From Hyphomonas sp. (lineage in GTDB: Bacteria; Pseudomonadota; Alphaproteobacteria; Caulobacterales; Hyphomonadaceae): DNA of 64,000 nucleotides. This document shows positions 1 through 9,300 of the stretch, piece after piece; within the stretch, counting starts at the first letter, position 1, and every line of letters begins with the position of its first letter. The notes beneath the pieces were generated by a model. The model was not told the origin of the DNA and ran no database searches. It saw nothing but the letters and a program-made list of their open reading frames with translations. The DNA lies in contig NZ_JBBKXE010000048.1 of the NCBI RefSeq assembly GCF_037969335.1, positions 4,327-68,326 of the forward strand. The letters are read 5' to 3'. A program made the position numbers and the translations under genes.

Positions 1-240
1 GGTGATGGAGCGCGGTGTGTCGATCAGGGGCGCGGTGTATTTTGGGGATTCCGGCTCGGCCTTGTAGTCCGGCGTGGCGGCCTCGATGGAGACTTCGCCG
101 ATCTCGACCGGATCGGCCTCCTGGGACGATGTTGTCGATTGCGCGTTGGCGCTCAGCGGAAACAGGACGAGCCCGAGCGCTGTTGTAGCCAGAAGAGAGG
201 TGACCTGACGTTTTTCCGGGGCGGCCGTCTTGAAATCCAT
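1..240 (-). CDS. TonB-dependent siderophore receptor (Fiu/PiuA-like), N-terminal part; continues beyond the left edge
   Basis: Not in the ORF track. Manual translation from ATG 240: MDFKTAAPEKRQVTSLLATTALGLVLFPLSANAQ...EVSIEA...SPKYTAPLIDTPRSIT, i.e. signal peptide, TonB-box-like segment and plug start. Confidence 0.85.
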   Translation of the reverse strand, partial: MDFKTAAPEKRQVTSLLATTALGLVLFPLSANAQSTTSSQEADPVEIGEVSIEAATPDYKAEPESPKYTAPLIDTPRSIT

Positions 241-270
241 GATGTGCGTCCTTTGCTTTACATTCTGAGA

Positions 271-287
271 ATGCGAACTAATTGCAA
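271..287. promoter_or_regulatory. Degenerate Fur-like box
   Basis: ATGCGAACTAATTGCAA, imperfect palindrome 30 bp upstream of the receptor start. Confidence 0.45.
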
Positions 288-309
288 AACGGTAAGGTGG
301 CAACAGCAA

Positions 310-326
310 TTGAGAATAATTCTCAA
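310..326. promoter_or_regulatory. Fur box
   Basis: Perfect 8-1-8 palindrome TTGAGAAT-A-ATTCTCAA upstream of the siderophore receptor. Confidence 0.75.
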
Positions 327-376
327 AAAGATTGGGGGTGTTCGGAAAACGAGGCGGAGATGTGTGTGATGTCATG

Positions 377-1336
377 TCAGGCCAGCATGCTCGTGATCGC
401 CAAGGAAGGCTGGGCCGGCTGGTCGCGAAACTGGAACAGGGCGGCGATGCCATGACGATTAGCGAGGTCGAGGCCTTGCGAAGCGCCACTGGCAAAGAGA
501 CCGGTCGCCCAGGCATCAGCGAAGGCGCAGCTGGCGTGGAGAACGCTGACGCTGGCGAGGTCGCCGTCATCGCGATTGGCGTCCGGATGGCGCACGATGT
601 GCGAGACACGCTGGCCATTCTCGATGCGGAGCTTGCGGTAGTCGCCTGAGGTGGCGAGTGAGAGATTGCAGAGGGCAACACGCCATGGAGCGGCCGCGGC
701 GGGTGATTCTAAATCGACCCACCAGGGCAGGCCGTCAGGCTTCGCGCCACCGGCTGTGAACTCGCCGCCAATCTCTGCAAGGAAACTTGTGATGCCCAAG
801 GCGCGCAGAGCGTCTCCCATGCCGTCGACGGCATAGCCTTTGGCGATGGCCGACAGGTCGAGCTGGAACGGCGCGTGGCGCGTCAGCAGGGGACCGGCAA
901 GCGCGAAGGCCCGCCACGCATCACGGTCCGTCGCCTGGTCTGCCAGCGGCATCGCAGGGGATCCGAACCCGAGGCGGGAGACGTCGGCGCCGAGGCAGGG
1001 ATTGAGCGCGCCGTCCGTGGCTGCTGCGACCTGCAGCGTGATGTCCAGTACCTGCCGAAAGTCTTCCGGCAGGATCACGCTGTCGCCGATTGGCAGGCGG
1101 TTGAACCGGCTGATCAGGGAGTTCGGCTCCCATGTGCTCATCTCGGAGATGATGCGGGCGAATCCCGATTCAAGCGCGCTGCGAATGTCCTCGGCTCCGA
1201 CGCCGGGAGGCGCGTGGGCCGAGACCGACCAGTCCGTACCCATCGTTGTGCCGCTGAGCCGCAAGAGCGGCCCAGCGGCGACAAGAGGACGAACCGCGTC
1301 GGGCTGCGGCAGGTCATGAGGGATGAGCAGGTTCAA
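377..1336 (-). CDS. apbE: FAD:protein FMN transferase
   Basis: Motifs TMGT, MSTWEPNSLISRFN, DLSAIAKGYAVD, EIGGE, LATSGDYR, ADAWATGL. Confidence 0.93.
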   Translation of the reverse strand: MNLLIPHDLPQPDAVRPLVAAGPLLRLSGTTMGTDWSVSAHAPPGVGAEDIRSALESGFARIISEMSTWEPNSLISRFNRLPIGDSVILPEDFRQVLDITLQVAAATDGALNPCLGADVSRLGFGSPAMPLADQATDRDAWRAFALAGPLLTRHAPFQLDLSAIAKGYAVDGMGDALRALGITSFLAEIGGEFTAGGAKPDGLPWWVDLESPAAAAPWRVALCNLSLATSGDYRKLRIENGQRVSHIVRHPDANRDDGDLASVSVLHASCAFADAWATGLFASGASQGLDLANRHGIAALFQFRDQPAQPSLAITSMLA

Positions 1337-1342
1337 AGCGTT

Positions 1343-2161
1343 CTATAGGGGCAGGGCTTCGAAGGTTGCCGTGTAGGAGGACCGGACTTTCATCGGCAAG
1401 CCGTCAATCACGGTTTCGCCTTCCGACCCGGCCGTGAACCAGTAGGGACCCGGAATTGTCGGCGTGAAGGTGAAGACACCATCGGCATCCGTCGTCAGCT
1501 TGAATTCGCCCGGTGTGTCGCGATAGCGGTCATTGCCCGGCAGGACAGTCACTTCAAGGCCGCTGGCCGGTGCGCCGTCGAGCAGGAATTTGAAACTGAC
1601 CGGTTCGCCGGTGAAGACGTCATTGGGGTGGGTGACGGGCTGGAATTCAAGGCCCTTGCCTGTGGCGGCAAACACTTCGGTCGAAGGGGCGCCCAGCGTG
1701 ACGTAGGTCTCGACTCTGCGGTTCGACAGCGAGATCTGCACGTCGGGCTTCTTGTCCACGCCTTCGGCGCGAAGGGTCTCGAGCGTCCCGCGCCAGCGTT
1801 TGCGCTCGCCCGCTTCGGACCAGCTGGCGAAGTAGAAGGGTTCGCCTGCGGTGGAGACGCGATAGGTGCCCTGCTGGTTCATCTGGAAATCGAACATCGC
1901 GCGAATCTCGCCGGACGCGGCATTCTTGATCTCGACGACCGAACCGTCAGGCCCGGTGACGGTGACCGATGCCGGATCAATCGCGTGATGGTTCGGGAAG
2001 AAGAGGTCGTTGGAGATGGCGGCGTCAACGGTCACCCATTGCGAGTCTCCGGAGAAGGTGAAGGTCGAGGGCAGCATCCAGGCCCGGTGGGCACTGGCCG
2101 TGCCAGCCAAGGCGAAGAGTACGGAAGATGCGGCGAGGAGCCGGATGGCAAAGTGTTTCAT
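1343..2161 (-). CDS. DUF4198 periplasmic protein
   Basis: Signal peptide ending ASA then HRAWMLPS; GLEFQPVTHPND; typical partner of DUF2271/ApbE. Confidence 0.85.
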   Translation of the reverse strand: MKHFAIRLLAASSVLFALAGTASAHRAWMLPSTFTFSGDSQWVTVDAAISNDLFFPNHHAIDPASVTVTGPDGSVVEIKNAASGEIRAMFDFQMNQQGTYRVSTAGEPFYFASWSEAGERKRWRGTLETLRAEGVDKKPDVQISLSNRRVETYVTLGAPSTEVFAATGKGLEFQPVTHPNDVFTGEPVSFKFLLDGAPASGLEVTVLPGNDRYRDTPGEFKLTTDADGVFTFTPTIPGPYWFTAGSEGETVIDGLPMKVRSSYTATFEALPL

Positions 2162-2210
2162 GGGGAGAGTCTCCTTGAGGATAGGCGCGCGCCGGGCGGC
2201 GGCCCCGGGT

Positions 2211-2732
2211 CTAGTCTTCGTCGGTAAGCGTGAGCGTGATCTGGCCGAGCTCGGTTTCGCCCGAGACAGTCAGCGGCGCGGCGCCATTGGCTGGCCATGT
2301 GAATGGCACCTGCACCATTTCGCGCCCGCCTACTTCGCGGACAGCCTCGACGGTGAGGATGTAGTCGCCGGGTTCGAGCGCGGCCAAGGCGGGCGAGCCG
2401 CCAGCGATATTGAAGCTGTGCGTGCCGGGGCCACGCGTCGGTCCGGATACGCCATCAACCGGCATGGTGAGATCGCGGCCGGCGCGGCGCCACCATTGGC
2501 GCAAATCCTTCAGCCAGGTTTCGCCCTCTTCTTCGCCGCGCCGTTCCTGCTGGTAGAGGACAGCCAGGTTGGCGGCGACGGTCTGGTCGGGGCGGGCGAT
2601 CCATGCGGCGAGATAGGGCCGGTGATATTCGGCGACGTTGAGCTGCGGGATGGCGATGCCGATCTCCATCGAGTCAGCGACGGCGGGGCCGGTCAGGAGG
2701 GCCATTCCGGCCAGGGTCATGATTGCGCGCAT
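2211..2732 (-). CDS. DUF2271 periplasmic protein, putative FMN-flavinylation substrate
   Basis: Start MRAIMTLAG; EYHRPYLAAWI, WLKDLRQWWRR, VDGVSGPTR, EAVREVGGRE. Confidence 0.88.
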   Translation of the reverse strand: MRAIMTLAGMALLTGPAVADSMEIGIAIPQLNVAEYHRPYLAAWIARPDQTVAANLAVLYQQERRGEEEGETWLKDLRQWWRRAGRDLTMPVDGVSGPTRGPGTHSFNIAGGSPALAALEPGDYILTVEAVREVGGREMVQVPFTWPANGAAPLTVSGETELGQITLTLTDED

Positions 2733-2739
2733 GGGATCC

Positions 2740-3426
2740 TCAAATGTGGGCAAAGAAAAGAAGGAGCAGGATGGGCACCGCGAAACCCGCGATGGTGAGC
2801 GGCCAGGTGGTGGCGCGCCGGGCCGAGTGGATCTGCAGGAGCCAGAGACCCGACAGGCAGAATAGCATTGTGGCGACGGCAAAGATGTCGAGAAACCATG
2901 CCCAGGCGGTGCCGGTATTGCGGCCTTTGTGCAGGTCGTTGAGATAGGCGACCGCGCCGCGGCTGGTGGTCTCGAAGGCGACGTCGCCGGTTTCGCGGTC
3001 GATGCTGAGCCAGGCGTCGCCGCCGGGACGGGGCAGACCGATATAGACATCGACGTCGGTCCATTCCGCCTGCCGGCCGCCGACATCGGCGCCGAGTTCG
3101 GTCTTGAGCTGGCGGGCGACGGCGACGGGCAGGGCCGGCGTCGTGCCTGTGTCCGGGCCTGCTTCGAGCAGGGCGAGCAAAGACGGCGCCAGCGTGGTTT
3201 CCACTTCGCTGACCTGCGGACGGCTCGGAATGTCGGCCGCGTGGTTGAGCGTGATTCCCGTTGCGGCGAACAGGAGCATGCCGATCAGGCAGACGGCGCC
3301 CGACATCCAGTGGATGGTGCGGATCTGGCGTTTCCAGAACGCATACCGCATCCGGCGCTGGCCCGCCTTGGCCTGCGCGCGGTCTGTCGCGGCCTGTGAT
3401 GGGGATTCAGTCAGCAGGGAGGTCAA
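2740..3426 (-). CDS. PepSY-associated TM helix protein
   Basis: HWMSGAVCLIGMLLFAATGITLNH and LNDLHKGR motifs; three TM segments; start codon uncertain. Confidence 0.88.
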   Translation of the reverse strand: MTSLLTESPSQAATDRAQAKAGQRRMRYAFWKRQIRTIHWMSGAVCLIGMLLFAATGITLNHAADIPSRPQVSEVETTLAPSLLALLEAGPDTGTTPALPVAVARQLKTELGADVGGRQAEWTDVDVYIGLPRPGGDAWLSIDRETGDVAFETTSRGAVAYLNDLHKGRNTGTAWAWFLDIFAVATMLFCLSGLWLLQIHSARRATTWPLTIAGFAVPILLLLFFAHI

Positions 3427-3482
3427 GCGATACTCGGCGTTGGTGGAAGGATGCGACGGTCCCTAGCAGCCCGATATTGCGG

Positions 3483-3499
3483 ATGCAAGTCATTCTCAA
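3483..3499. promoter_or_regulatory. Fur-like box
   Basis: ATGCAAGTCATTCTCAA; right half identical to the 310-326 box; upstream of the PepSY operon. Confidence 0.6.
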
Positions 3500-3615
3500 A
3501 CATTGGGCTGCGTGCTGCGATGATGGCGTCAGAGCGAGCATTGGCGCCGTCGCGGCGGGGCGAGGGCATGCATTGTTGGTGCGCTGGGTCGATACCAGTC
3601 GGCGCCGTTCAGAAC

Positions 3616-3655
3616 GACAAAGGGGCGCCGCTCCTGGCGAGCAGCGCCCCTTGTC
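3616..3655 (-). terminator. Rho-independent terminator-like hairpin after the GH3 remnant
   Basis: Minus strand GACAAGGGGCGCTGCTC-loop-GAGCGGCGCCCCTTTGTC. Confidence 0.6.
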
Positions 3656-3684
3656 TGGTGGTCTCGCAGCTTTGCTGCGCCGGA

Positions 3685-5136
3685 TCAGTCGGCGGTGAAG
3701 GTGACACGGGCCGAGGCCGCGCCGGTGTCCTCGACAAAGCCGGGCTGGCCGCCGCCGAGCGAGAGCGTCGCCGACATGCCCGCCGGGGCAACAAGCGCGC
3801 CGTCCTTATCGAAATAGCCAAGCCGTTCAGGTGACAGGTCGAATTTCACGGTCTGGCTTTCGCCGGGCGCCAGTTCGACGACATCGAACGCGACCAGTTC
3901 CACGCGCGGCGTCGAGGGGTTGGGCCTTTCGTCGAGCTGGATATAGGCCTGCACCACTTCGCGTCCTGCGCGCTCGCCCGTATTGGTCACGGTGACGGAG
4001 ACCGGCATGGCCTCCGCGCCGTCCTGCGCTTCTGGCACCGAGATGTCGGAATAGGCGAAGCTGGTGTAGCTGAGGCCGTGTCCGAACGGATAGAGCGGCT
4101 TGCCCTCATAGTATCTGTACGTCCGGTTCTGCATCGAATAGTCATCGAAGGCGGGCATGCCGTCGAGCGATGTGTTGAACGTTACCGGCAGGCGGCCTGA
4201 CGGGCTGAACTCGCCCCAGAGCAGGTCGGCGATGGCGCTGCCAGCTTTCTCGCCGGGATAGAAGGCATGGACGATGGCCGGCAGGTTCTCGGCCTCCCAG
4301 TTAAGCGCCATGGCGCTGCCCGAGAAGTTGACGAGAACGACCAGCTTGTCCGTTGCGTGCAGCTTCTTCAGCAGGTCTTCCTGCACTCGCGGCAGCTTGA
4401 GGTGGGTGCGGTCGCCGCCGAGGAAGCCGTCGATTTCGACACTCAACTCCTCGCCTTCGAGGTCAGCGTCGATGCCGCCGAAGAAGAGGACAGCATCAGC
4501 CTCCTCAGCTGCGGCCAGCGCCTCGCCGGCCCAATTGCGGGACCTGTTGACCCATGACAGGCTGGCCATCGGCTCGATCGTGTTGCGTGGCCAGAAGCGC
4601 TCGACGGTCAACGTGTATGACACGGGATAGGCCTCACCGGCCTTCATCTCGACCGGGCCGTCACTGACATTCTGGCCGCCGATGATGGCTTCGGATTCGC
4701 GCGCGGTCTCGAAGCTGTAGGCACCGTCTTCTTCCGGTACGATAAAGCCTTCCCAGACGATCCCGAACTCGTCTGCAATGCTGCCGTCGATTGGGGATGT
4801 CTTCCAGTGATGGTCGAGCTGCGCGTCGACCGTCACAGATACCGGGTCGCCTTCGCGTGCAGGATTGTCCGAGCTTGTCATTGTCAGGCCGGGTTCAAGT
4901 GCGCCCTTGTCATTGGCGTGTTTCAGGACGCTCGCTTCGACGGGTTTATGATTGCCGAAGACTCCACCGGCCAGGGCGGATCCCGGCGCATAGACGACAT
5001 TTTCGGCACCCGCCTTCGCCATCACACCCTCGAGCGCGGTGACCGGTGCGGTCGGGTAGCCGAAATAGTTTGCCACCAGGGTCAGTTCATTGTCGGCGTT
5101 CGGGCCGATGACCGCGACTTTCGTGCCTTCGGCCAC
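3685..5136 (-). pseudogene. 5'-truncated GH3 beta-glucosidase/xylosidase (C-terminal domain, PA14 insert and FnIII only)
   Basis: Begins at KVAVIGPNAD; has GGDRTHLKLP, YPGEKAG, SPSGRLPVTF, YPFGHGLSYTSF, NTGERAGREVVQ; N-terminal TIM barrel absent. Confidence 0.8.
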
Positions 5137-5240
5137 ACGCTAACATTATTCACGCCAAGCCCTTTCTCGCGCGGCTGCGCGATCCCGCCCGGACATCAGT
5201 CGGGCGGCAAGAATGAGGCGTTGGGGCTGGGCGCCGGGTG

Positions 5241-6227
5241 TCAGGTTGGCGTTTTGAGGGCGGCGATCGCCAATGCGATATCCTGGAGCTTATCGCCATT
5301 GGAGGGGGCGAGCATGCCTTCGCCTTCTGCGACTTCAAGCTGCTTCGCATCATATGCCCAGCGTCGGAGCAGCTCCAGTTTGATGGCGTCTGAGAAACGC
5401 GCGGCCAGAAGCTTCTCGATAGTATGAAATGTGTTGGCGGGATCGATCAGGGCCGCATTCAGATCAATTTTTTCAGAACGCGCTGATGCATAGAGGGATT
5501 CGAGATACCTCAATCGTTCGACATAGGATCTCGCCTCATCGGCGTTTGAGAATACCTTGCCCGAAACATAATATTCATCGTCGCCCGAGTGGACAAAACC
5601 GGTATCGCGATAGGCGTCGGCTTCGGCTGCCGAAATCGCCCCAAGATAGCGGTCCTCCAGGACCGGGTGCAGGTCCGGCAGGCCATGCAAGTGCACGTCT
5701 TGCCCGGAATGGGCTTTCAGAATCTTGGTCGCGCGGGCTTCATCCCCTTCATTCCAGGTGCGCACCCACAAAGTCAGGCCGCCATGCTCGACCTGATCGG
5801 CGATGTATTCGGCGTGCTCACCACCGATGATTCTTGCCAGGGCGGCACCGAGCGCGGCGCCACTGCCGCCGCCAACGAGAAGCGCAACCAGTCCGGCCGC
5901 CAGGGCCCCGCCGGATGCGACGACCGGGATCAGGCCCGCCAGCGCGCCGACATACATCAACGTTCCAATGACGGCACCCTCGGCATTGCCGACATCTTCC
6001 TCGGCGACGTAAGCGATCCGGGGCGCAGCCGTATCGTCCTCGACCTCGGCCACTTTCCGGTAGGCATGGCCCAATTTCTGCTCAACACTATCGGAGCGCG
6101 CAAGCAGGCTGATCTCTGCCCGGTCAAAACCATGCGACAGCAGGTCATCAATGGCCGCCTGGAGCGTTTCTTCGGTCTGAAAAACGCCGACGGCTTCGCG
6201 GGCAGGTAGAGGGCTCGGTTGAGTCAT
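5241..6227 (-). CDS. General-stress-protein-like membrane protein with an extra C-terminal domain
   Basis: EAVGVF...AIDDLLSHGFDRAEISLLA, Gly/Ala-rich TM hairpin, GGLTLWVRT; GGAG SD. Confidence 0.65.
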   Translation of the reverse strand: MTQPSPLPAREAVGVFQTEETLQAAIDDLLSHGFDRAEISLLARSDSVEQKLGHAYRKVAEVEDDTAAPRIAYVAEEDVGNAEGAVIGTLMYVGALAGLIPVVASGGALAAGLVALLVGGGSGAALGAALARIIGGEHAEYIADQVEHGGLTLWVRTWNEGDEARATKILKAHSGQDVHLHGLPDLHPVLEDRYLGAISAAEADAYRDTGFVHSGDDEYYVSGKVFSNADEARSYVERLRYLESLYASARSEKIDLNAALIDPANTFHTIEKLLAARFSDAIKLELLRRWAYDAKQLEVAEGEGMLAPSNGDKLQDIALAIAALKTPT

Positions 6228-6249
6228 GACGGTACTCCTGTTCGCCCGA

Positions 6250-6277
6250 AGCCTAGCTGAGGCAATGGATATGTCAA
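6250..6277 (-). promoter_or_regulatory. Sigma70-type promoter
   Basis: Minus strand TTGACA-16 nt-TAGGCT upstream of 6227. Confidence 0.55.
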
Positions 6278-6505
6278 AAACGACCGGTAGCGACCTGGAG
6301 CCGCATCCCTGAAGTCATCATGCCCGATTTTGAATCTGGCCGCTTCGGCTGTTCCCCTGTGGTTGCAGCGATTGGCAGCGAGTTAGGGCGCCTATTTGCC
6401 CGATCTGAATAGCAGCCGAGGTAAATGTTTGTACACGTTTCCCACCCAGCGTTGCGAAAATCTGTTGCGCCCGATGCATTCGGGGGCCGTGAAACGAGAG
6501 CTGTG

Positions 6506-8824
6506 ATGAACACTCCTACGACATTCTGGCGCGATCTGTTTCCAGGTTCCCTTCGAAACAGGATCATCGTGCTTGCCTGTTGCGTGTCGCTCCTGACGTC
6601 GATCGCGCTAGGTGTGCTGCTGGTGATGCGTACCACCAGCATTTCCTACGACTTGGCCGTCGAAAACGTCGCGCATGAAACGCAACTGGTCGCACTCGAC
6701 TTCAAGTGTGCGTACAATGAAATCGAGAATGACGCCTTTGTCATCTCTCGGACGCCGCCGATCCAGGGGATGCTGCGGAGTGCGGAATCTAATCACATCG
6801 ACCCCCGCGACGGCTCTACGACAGATCAATGGCGTGAGCGCCTGGAGGCCATCTTCGCATCGATCATGAATGCGCGGACCAGCTACACACAGATCCGCTA
6901 TATCGGTGCCCACAATGACGGCAGGGAGCTGGTGCGCGTCAACCGGCATGATGACGGATTTGAAATGGTCCCGGTATCCCTCCTGCAGACGAAATCCGAG
7001 GAATCCTATTTCCAGAAAGCGCTGACGCTTGAGCCGGGCGAGGCCTATTTTTCAAAAGTGACCTACAACCGCGAGCTTGGACAGCTTGATAGCGAACTCG
7101 TCCCTACGCTCCGCGTCGTCGTACCGATATTCGATCTGGACGGAGAAATCTTCGGCATGGTCGTCATCAATGCCGACTATGCCGCCATGCTTCGCAGACG
7201 CTTCGAGGCGATAAATATCACCCGCAATATCATCGTCTCGAATGAATCGGGCGACTATATGGAGCAGCTTTCCGACGGTACGGTGGCTGACCTTCGCTAC
7301 CATAATGGCGGATCGGGTGAGGGCGACGAGCTGCTTGCGGCGCTGCTTCCCGGAAAAGAGCGCGGGTCGGATTCATGGGTCGCAAGGACCGGTGACGAAC
7401 TCATTTATTCTGTGCGAATGCCGATCAGCGAACGGCTCGACGATTCGCATCTGATCATGTCGATACGCGTTCCGAACGACGAATTGTTTGCAGGGGCCAA
7501 CCAGATCAGGAAGGAAGGCATCCTGCTCGCCCTTTTGCTCATTGCGCTTTCGCTCGGGGCTGCCGCCTGGGCTGCGACAGAGCTAACAGGGCCGCTATTG
7601 CGCATGACCCGATCTGTCCGAGAGGCGAGCCATTCAGGCGATGTTCCCGATCTTCCGGTCGGCCGGGATGATGAAATCGGAGAGTTGGCGGTCGCTTTCC
7701 AGTCTCTCGCCCAGAACCTGACCGGAAGCGAAGCGCAAATCCGGGCGATCTTCGGTAATGTCGTGGATGGCGTCTTTACCGTTGACGAGGCCGGCGCCAT
7801 TCAGAGTTACAATTCGTCCTCGGAGCGAATGTTCGGATTTCCGTTCGAAGACGTCATAGGACAGGACATTGGCCTGTTGATGCCGGACGAAATTTTCACG
7901 CAATATGATCGTCGGCTCAACGAGGCCCGGGAGTCGGGCGCGGAGGACACGATAGGTGTCACGTGTGAGGTGGTTGGGAATCGGCAGGATGGTTCTGTAT
8001 TTCCGATGGAGGTGTCGGTCAGCAAGGTCGATGCCGGCGGGCAGATCATGTTTGTCGGGATTGTTCGCGACATTACCGAACGCAAACAGATGGACACTAT
8101 CAAGAGCGAGTTTGTGTCGACAGTGAACCACGAACTGCGGACGCCGCTGACGTCGATTCAGGCCGCCTTGGGGATATTGCAGAAAATGCTGCAGGGTAAG
8201 GTCGGACCCAAGGAAGAGCGCCTGCTTGATATCTCGCTGGAAGGCACGCAGCGACTTGGCCTGCTCGTCAATGATATCCTGGACGTCGAGAAGATTGCGG
8301 CCGGGAAAATGGAATTCTATCCGGAGACCTGCGAAATGGTCGGGTTGGTGACCGATATCGTGGAGCGTCACCAGAGCCTGGCCGAGAAATACCGCGTCAT
8401 CTTCCGTCTCGACACGCAGATTCCGAACGCCCATTGCCGGGTGGACCCATCCCGCTTCAATCAGGCGCTTGTGAACCTGCTGTCCAACGCGGCCAAATTT
8501 TCGCCTGAAGGTGAACCCGTTGGCATCGAGATCGCGGAGCAGGCAGACAACCGCATTCGGATATCGGTTTCTGATACCGGCCCTGGCATTCCAGCCGCGT
8601 TCCGGAACAAGATTTTCCAGCGATTTGCACAGGCTGACAGTTCGGCAACACGTTCGACCGGCGGATCCGGGCTGGGACTGAACATCACCAAAACGATCAT
8701 CGAAACGCTCGATGGCGAGATTTCATTCGAGAGCGTTGAGGGGCAGGGGACGACGTTCACGATCGTTCTTCCAACCTGTGCCAATGCGGAGAAGACGGGA
8801 GATACCAAATGGCAGGCGGCCTGA
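6506..8824 (+). CDS. Membrane sensor histidine kinase (periplasmic Cache-like, HAMP, PAS, HisKA, HATPase)
   Basis: Two TMs, HAMP RDDEIGELA, PAS, H-box VNHELRTPL, N-box NLLSNAAKF, DTGPGI, GGSGLGL. Confidence 0.93.
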   Translation: MNTPTTFWRDLFPGSLRNRIIVLACCVSLLTSIALGVLLVMRTTSISYDLAVENVAHETQLVALDFKCAYNEIENDAFVISRTPPIQGMLRSAESNHIDPRDGSTTDQWRERLEAIFASIMNARTSYTQIRYIGAHNDGRELVRVNRHDDGFEMVPVSLLQTKSEESYFQKALTLEPGEAYFSKVTYNRELGQLDSELVPTLRVVVPIFDLDGEIFGMVVINADYAAMLRRRFEAINITRNIIVSNESGDYMEQLSDGTVADLRYHNGGSGEGDELLAALLPGKERGSDSWVARTGDELIYSVRMPISERLDDSHLIMSIRVPNDELFAGANQIRKEGILLALLLIALSLGAAAWAATELTGPLLRMTRSVREASHSGDVPDLPVGRDDEIGELAVAFQSLAQNLTGSEAQIRAIFGNVVDGVFTVDEAGAIQSYNSSSERMFGFPFEDVIGQDIGLLMPDEIFTQYDRRLNEARESGAEDTIGVTCEVVGNRQDGSVFPMEVSVSKVDAGGQIMFVGIVRDITERKQMDTIKSEFVSTVNHELRTPLTSIQAALGILQKMLQGKVGPKEERLLDISLEGTQRLGLLVNDILDVEKIAAGKMEFYPETCEMVGLVTDIVERHQSLAEKYRVIFRLDTQIPNAHCRVDPSRFNQALVNLLSNAAKFSPEGEPVGIEIAEQADNRIRISVSDTGPGIPAAFRNKIFQRFAQADSSATRSTGGSGLGLNITKTIIETLDGEISFESVEGQGTTFTIVLPTCANAEKTGDTKWQAA

Positions 8825-9216
8825 ACAGAATTCTCTATGTGGAAGACGATCCGATCATCGCCGAGCTGGCGGGCATGGTGTTGACGACATTTGGTGGATT
8901 CGACGTGCGTCATTGCGCGTCCGGGGCCGACGCGATTGCGGCGTTTCCCGAATTTTCTCCGCAGATGCTGCTGCTGGATGTGATGATGCCCGAAATGGAT
9001 GGGCCCCAGACCCTGCAGAACATCCGATCCATGCCGGGTGGCGATGCCATTCCGGCGGTCTTCATGACGGCGCGGGTCCAGGTGCACGAGCGCGAGTCGT
9101 ATATGCAGCTGGTTGCGGTGGGGGTCATTCCCAAACCGTTCGATCCGATGACGCTGTCCGATCAGATAGCCGAGATGTGGCGTCTCAGTTCTGCGGTGGC
9201 TTTCCAGGACAGCTGA
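8809..9216 (+). CDS. Single-domain response regulator
   Basis: YVEDD, LLDVMMPEMDG, FMTA, KPF; overlaps the kinase stop. Confidence 0.92.
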   Translation: MAGGLNRILYVEDDPIIAELAGMVLTTFGGFDVRHCASGADAIAAFPEFSPQMLLLDVMMPEMDGPQTLQNIRSMPGGDAIPAVFMTARVQVHERESYMQLVAVGVIPKPFDPMTLSDQIAEMWRLSSAVAFQDS

Positions 9217-9252
9217 GCCTGAGGCCATCAGCGCGTAAAAAATGTCACGCGG

Positions 9253-9266
9253 ATGACAAGGATCAA
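9253..9266. promoter_or_regulatory. FNR/FixK-like box
   Basis: ATGAC-AAGG-ATCAA, centred 41.5 bp upstream of ATG 9301. Confidence 0.55.
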
Positions 9267-9300
9267 TTTGCGTGCGGCGAAGCCGTGCTTTCTTGCATCC

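Noticed and set aside
3543-3607. tRNA-like fold: GGCGCCG/CGGCGCC acceptor-like stem with a GCTGG-GTCGATA-CCAGT arm
   Set aside because: Only about 65 nt, non-canonical T-loop, no proper D arm or variable region and no CCA; plausible by chance in GC-rich DNA. tRNAscan-SE/ARAGORN would settle it
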